A stretch of 64,000 bases of DNA. Origin: Geobacteraceae bacterium (lineage in GTDB: Bacteria > Desulfobacterota > Desulfuromonadia > Geobacterales > Geobacteraceae). Location: contig JAVBWB010000017.1 of the NCBI GenBank assembly GCA_036677645.1, forward strand, positions 107,381 to 171,380. The letters run 5' to 3'. A program made the translations under genes and the position numbers. The notes under the pieces are model-generated. The model was not told where the DNA came from. It made no database searches and saw nothing but the letters and a program-made list of their open reading frames with translations. How positions within the stretch are numbered: position 1 is the stretch's first letter; the number at the start of each line of letters is the position of its first letter. Shown here one piece after another: positions 59,813 to 64,000 of this stretch.

Positions 59813-60328
59813 ATGATCAGCAAGAAGATGGTCCAGGCCCTGAACAAGCAACTGAACAACGAAATTTACTCAGCCTACCTTTATCTCGCGATGTCGTCCT
59901 ACACCACGTACACCGGTCTCAAAGGCGCGGCCAACTGGTTCATGGTCCAGTACCAGGAAGAAATGGTCCATGCCATGAAGTTCTACGACTACGTGCTCAG
60001 CCAGGGGCAGCATGCCCAGCTTGAAGCCATTGCCGTGCCGCCGGCCGAATACGGCACGCTCCTGTCCATGTTCGAGCAGACCCTGAAGCACGAGCAGTTC
60101 ATCACCAAGTGCATCAACGATCTCATGGACCTGGCAATCAAGGAAAAGGACCATGCCACCCAGATATTCCTCCAGTGGTTCGTGACCGAACAGATCGAGG
60201 AAGAGGGGAACGACAACGATATCATTTCACAGCTGAAACTGGTGGGAGACAGCCCCCAGGGGCTGATGATGGTTGATCGGGAAATGGCAGCGCGAGTGTT
60301 TACCCCGCCGGCAGCAGCGGCGCAATAG
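59813..60328 (+). CDS. ftn: Non-haem ferritin
   Basis: LNKQLNNEIYSAYLYLAMSSY...QEEMVHAMKFYDY...EKDHATQIFLQWFVTEQIEEE shows the ferroxidase-centre residue pattern. Confidence 0.9.
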   Translation: MISKKMVQALNKQLNNEIYSAYLYLAMSSYTTYTGLKGAANWFMVQYQEEMVHAMKFYDYVLSQGQHAQLEAIAVPPAEYGTLLSMFEQTLKHEQFITKCINDLMDLAIKEKDHATQIFLQWFVTEQIEEEGNDNDIISQLKLVGDSPQGLMMVDREMAARVFTPPAAAAQ

Positions 60329-60408
60329 GTGACAATGCCCGGGCAAGGGCACCCGGTTTCCCCCAGGGCATGGCGCCCCGGTTATAATTGACAATATTTA
60401 TAGGGTAT

Positions 60409-60426
60409 GTTATTCGATAGAATAAC
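60409..60426. promoter_or_regulatory. Perfect 7-4-7 palindrome upstream of cysE (candidate operator)
   Basis: GTTATTC-GATA-GAATAAC lies about 40 nt upstream of the cysE ATG. It is nested inside a longer imperfect inverted repeat (60383-60399 and 60438-60455). Confidence 0.4.
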
Positions 60427-60465
60427 TAATTCTTACGAATATTGTTGTCAATAATCGGGGCCACC

Positions 60466-61137
60466 ATGTTGAACAGGGTACGGGAAGACATCAAGGCGGT
60501 TTTTGAAAGGGATCCGGCAGCGCGCAGCACCCTGGAGGTGCTTTTCTGCTATCCCGGGCTGCATGCCGTCTGGCTGCAGCGGGTTTCACACTGGTTCTGG
60601 GTTCGACGGCTCTACTTCCTGGGCAGATTCGTGTCACATTTCGCCCGTTTTCTCACCGGCATCGAAATCCATCCGGGCGCAACCATCGGCAGGCGTGTAT
60701 TCATAGACCACGGCATGGGAGTCGTGATCGGGGAGACGGCCGAAATCGGCGACGACGTCACCCTCTACCACGGGGTTACCCTGGGCGGGGTCAGCCTGGA
60801 GAAAGTCAAGCGTCACCCGACCGTGGAATCGAACGTGGTCATCGGTTCCGGGGCCAAGGTCCTGGGGCCGTTCACCGTGGGCAGGGGCAGCCGCATCGGC
60901 TCGAATTCGGTGGTCATCAAGGAGGTCCCGGCCAACGCTACAGTGGTGGGCGTACCGGGAAGGGTCGTGATGGCGGCGGAGAAAACAGCGGAAAAGGCCG
61001 ACCTTGAACACGCCAAGCTCCCGGACCCGGAAGCAAAGGCCATTGCCTGCCTTTTCGACCAGGTGAGGGAACTGGAAAAGAAGTACGCCGATCTGGCCCG
61101 GGAGTATGATGCTTTGAAACAACGGCTGGATGGTTGA
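60466..61137 (+). CDS. cysE: Serine O-acetyltransferase
   Basis: ERDPAARS and hexapeptide repeats ([34 protein letters not shown]). Confidence 0.92.
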   Translation: MLNRVREDIKAVFERDPAARSTLEVLFCYPGLHAVWLQRVSHWFWVRRLYFLGRFVSHFARFLTGIEIHPGATIGRRVFIDHGMGVVIGETAEIGDDVTLYHGVTLGGVSLEKVKRHPTVESNVVIGSGAKVLGPFTVGRGSRIGSNSVVIKEVPANATVVGVPGRVVMAAEKTAEKADLEHAKLPDPEAKAIACLFDQVRELEKKYADLAREYDALKQRLDG

Positions 61138-61138
61138 G

Positions 61139-62248
61139 ATGGCGCAGTTTGAAACTGCCGTAAAACCGCGGCGAATCGCCGTTGCCATGAGCGGTGGGGT
61201 CGATTCGTCCGTGGTCGCGGCCATTCTCAAGCAACAGGGTCACGATGTCATGGGGATATCGATGCGCGTCTGGAGCCCAACGCCTTCCCGTGAAGGACGG
61301 GACAGTGATGCGGCGCTCTGTCCTCCTCCTGACGCCGTGGAGAGCGCCCGGCTCATCGCCGACCGGCTCGGTATACCCTTCTACGCAGTCGATTTCGAAG
61401 AAGAATTCCGCAGGGCCGTGGTTGACGATTTCATCGACGAGTATCGCCATGGCCGCACTCCCAACCCCTGCGCGCGCTGCAACCGACGCATCAAGTTCGG
61501 GCTGCTGCTGGACCGGGCGCTGGCTCTGGGCGCAGATATGCTGGCGACAGGCCATTATGCGCGGATCCAGCAGGACACAGAGGGATTTTTCCGGTTGCTG
61601 AAAGGCGCCGACCCGAAAAAAGACCAGTCCTATTTCCTGTTCGACCTGTCCCAGCAGCAACTCTCCAGGAGCATGTTTCCCCTCGGCGGCATGACGAAGA
61701 CCGAAGTCCGTGCCCTTGCGGAACGGTTTGAACTCGGGCTCGCCGACAAAGGGGAAAGCCAGGAGATCTGCTTCATCCCCGATGACGATTATGTTCGTTT
61801 TCTGGAAGATAGAGCGCCGGGAATCGACCTGTCCGGGGAAATCGTCACTTCCGGCGGCACGGTTGTCGGCCGGCACCAGGGGACCCACCGCTATACGGTT
61901 GGTCAACGACGCGGACTGGGCATTGCCTGGAGCGAGCCACTGTACGTGCTGGAAATCGACACGGCAGGGAATCGCGTCGTGGTCGGCCCCAAGCACGAGC
62001 TTTTCCGTGCCGGACTTGCGGCAAAAGAACTTAACTGGATAATGACCACCCCCACAAGCGAGTTCAACGCAACCTGCAAGATCCGTTACCGCCACCAGCC
62101 CGCACCGTGCCGCGTCAACCCCCTGGCAGGCAACCGGGCGGAAGTGCGCTTCCTGGAGCCGGAAAAATCGATCACCCCGGGCCAGGCGGTGGTGTTCTAC
62201 GACGGCGACCGCGTCCTGGGCGGAGGATGGATAGAACAAGGAATATGA
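61139..62248 (+). CDS. mnmA: tRNA-specific 2-thiouridylase MnmA
   Basis: The PP-loop is [13 protein letters not shown], with NPCARCN and KDQSYFL motifs. Confidence 0.93.
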   Translation: MAQFETAVKPRRIAVAMSGGVDSSVVAAILKQQGHDVMGISMRVWSPTPSREGRDSDAALCPPPDAVESARLIADRLGIPFYAVDFEEEFRRAVVDDFIDEYRHGRTPNPCARCNRRIKFGLLLDRALALGADMLATGHYARIQQDTEGFFRLLKGADPKKDQSYFLFDLSQQQLSRSMFPLGGMTKTEVRALAERFELGLADKGESQEICFIPDDDYVRFLEDRAPGIDLSGEIVTSGGTVVGRHQGTHRYTVGQRRGLGIAWSEPLYVLEIDTAGNRVVVGPKHELFRAGLAAKELNWIMTTPTSEFNATCKIRYRHQPAPCRVNPLAGNRAEVRFLEPEKSITPGQAVVFYDGDRVLGGGWIEQGI

Positions 62249-63537
62249 AGAAAATCTCTTTCGTCACCCTGGGCTGCAAGACCAACCAGTTCGAGTCGGC
62301 CGCCATGGCCGATGCGGCCGCAAAAGTAGGACTGCAGATCGTCCCCGCCCACGAGCCGGCGGACATCGTGGTCATCAACACCTGCACGGTAACCGCCAGG
62401 ACCGACGCCGAATCGCGCCGCCTGGTACGTCGCGCACGCCGGGAAAACCCCGGAGCCAGGATCGTCGTCGCCGGCTGCTATTCCCAGCTCGCTCCCGAAA
62501 CTTTCCGGGATTTTCCCGGCGTCTCGCTCATCATCGGCAACAGCGAAAAACGGGACCTCATGGACCTGCTGCAGGAATCGGAAGACGGGCAGCTGGTAAA
62601 GGTCTCCGACATCTTTGAGGAAGAAACGGCAGCGCCGCTGATCATCGAGTCCTTTGCCGAGCACACCCGGGCCTTCATGCAGGTGCAGAACGGCTGCGAC
62701 TCCCGCTGTTCCTACTGCATCGTGCCCCATGTCCGGGGAAGAAGCCGGAGCGTTCCGTTGGAAAGCGCCCTGGAAGGCATCCGTGCCTTTGCCAGGCAGG
62801 GCTTCCGGGAAGTGGTCCTCACGGGCATACACCTGGGCGCTTACGGACTGGACCTCAAGCCTTCCTCAAGCCTGTTCGACCTTGTTGCGCAGGCCGCGCG
62901 GGAACGTATCGTACCCCGACTCAGGCTCGGCTCCATCGAACCTACGGAAATCCCCGACGATCTGATTCAACTCCTGGCAACCGCGGAAACCATCTGCCCC
63001 CATCTCCACATCCCCCTGCAGAGCGGCAACGACGGAGTGCTGGCCGCCATGAACCGCCCGTACACCACCGGTTTTTTCCGGGAAGTCGTGGAAAAGCTGG
63101 CAACGGCCGTCCCTACCATATTTCTCGGCACCGACATCATCGCGGGGTTCCCCGGCGAAACGGACGAGGACTTCCAGCAAGGCTATCGTTTCTTGGAATC
63201 CCTGCCATTGGCCGCTTTCCATGTTTTCCCCTTTTCACCCCGGCAGGGCACACCTGCCGCCGCAATGGCGGGGAAAGTGCCGGCCGGCGTCATCAAAGAG
63301 CGGGCCGAGGTTCTGCGCAGGCTGTCTGAGGAAAAGAAAAAAAGATTCTTTGAGGGATTCTTGGGCAGAGACTTGGAGGTGCTCGTCCAGGAAGAAGGAA
63401 AGAACGGCGTCCTGAAGGGTCTGTCGCGCAACTACATCCCGGTCGCGCTCCCGGCCGGGAGCGCTGCGCTCAACTCCGAGGTGAAAGTAACGACGACTAC
63501 CGTGGAAAAGGATTTTGTCTGGGGTGTCATCACCTGA
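62245..63537 (+). CDS. mtaB: tRNA methylthiotransferase MtaB-type (radical SAM)
   Basis: [19 protein letters not shown], radical-SAM CDSRCSYC and a TRAM-like C-terminus. There is an ATGA overlap with mnmA. Confidence 0.85.
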   Translation: MKKISFVTLGCKTNQFESAAMADAAAKVGLQIVPAHEPADIVVINTCTVTARTDAESRRLVRRARRENPGARIVVAGCYSQLAPETFRDFPGVSLIIGNSEKRDLMDLLQESEDGQLVKVSDIFEEETAAPLIIESFAEHTRAFMQVQNGCDSRCSYCIVPHVRGRSRSVPLESALEGIRAFARQGFREVVLTGIHLGAYGLDLKPSSSLFDLVAQAARERIVPRLRLGSIEPTEIPDDLIQLLATAETICPHLHIPLQSGNDGVLAAMNRPYTTGFFREVVEKLATAVPTIFLGTDIIAGFPGETDEDFQQGYRFLESLPLAAFHVFPFSPRQGTPAAAMAGKVPAGVIKERAEVLRRLSEEKKKRFFEGFLGRDLEVLVQEEGKNGVLKGLSRNYIPVALPAGSAALNSEVKVTTTTVEKDFVWGVIT

Positions 63538-63548
63538 GCCAACACCTG

Positions 63549-64000
63549 TTAATTTGTTTCCATTAGGCTCCGGTCCAGCAGGTGCCGCGGTTGCACGTTC
63601 GACATTGCTTTGAGCATGCTTCTCTTCACGTGGGGGATGTCCTTTTCCAACGTTGAGAGTAAATCCTTCATCTTTTTGCGCTGCAGATCCGCGACACCGC
63701 ACACCGGGCAGCGGCAGCAGACCACCGGGTATTCTTTCACTCCGGAAAACTCGATTATCTCCTTTTCCTCCACATAGACCAGCGGCCGGATCACGGTGGT
63801 CTCCCCGTTGTCGGCCAGCATCGAGGCCGCCATGGATTTCAGGGAGCCGACAAAGAACTGGTTGAGGAGGAGCGTTTCCACGAAATCGTCCAGGTGATGG
63901 CCAAGGGCCAGCTTGTTGCACTTGAAGCGCTGGGCCAGCGTATAGAGCACGCCCCGCTTCAGCCGGGCGCACATGGAGCAGTAAGAGGATCCGGGCCGCC
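63549..64000 (-). CDS. ttcA: tRNA 2-thiocytidine biosynthesis protein TtcA (partial; N-terminus beyond window end)
   Basis: The frame stays open to 64000, reading ...YCSMCARLKRGVLY...LALGHHLDDFVETLLLNQFF...VIRPLVY...CRCPVCG, which matches the TtcA Fe-S cysteine pattern. Confidence 0.85.
   Translation of the reverse strand, partial: RPGSSYCSMCARLKRGVLYTLAQRFKCNKLALGHHLDDFVETLLLNQFFVGSLKSMAASMLADNGETTVIRPLVYVEEKEIIEFSGVKEYPVVCCRCPVCGVADLQRKKMKDLLSTLEKDIPHVKRSMLKAMSNVQPRHLLDRSLMETN

Noticed and set aside
60938-62239. 433-aa minus-strand ORF
   Set aside because: It is antisense to mnmA (PP-loop SGGVDSS on the plus strand) and is a shadow ORF.

Overview
The window looks like a chromosomal core segment of a roughly 55-60% GC deltaproteobacterium. 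The soj-parB-atpF'-atpF-atpH-atpA-atpG-atpD-atpC order, futalosine (mqn) menaquinone genes, a sigma-54-type promoter and many c-di-GMP genes suggest Geobacter/Desulfuromonadales, but this is inference only. Most of the window is housekeeping and densely coded: recR-ybaB-dnaX with SRP RNA and tRNA-Ser upstream, skp, typA, bamD, mqnB/mqnD, rlpA, lon, thiL, a cheR-mcp-cheW-cheA cluster, yajQ, rimO and dksA. It also carries kup with an acyl-CoA synthetase, the F1Fo ATP synthase, parAB, a hem/siroheme cluster (hemB, cobA-hemD, hemC, hemA, hemX-like, sirC), ferritin, and a cysE-mnmA-mtaB-ttcA sulfur/tRNA-thiolation cluster. I saw no CRISPR array, transposase, integrase or recognisable phage or defence gene. 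Four regions are the least ordinary. First, a visibly AT-richer insert (about 34.86-40.68 kb) between a fadL-like gene and atpC encodes a V4R-like/GAF/HD-GYP/PilZ protein translationally linked to a 690-aa multi-PilZ-like protein with an unrecognisable C-terminal half. Second, a receiver-like/FecR/OmpA/CHASE2-HD-GYP envelope-sensing cluster lies at 4.3-8.5 kb. Third, a GNAT-histidine-kinase fusion with an unknown C-terminal domain is embedded in the hem cluster. Fourth, the che cluster has no CheY or CheB. All functional calls rest on motif recognition by eye; no database search was possible.
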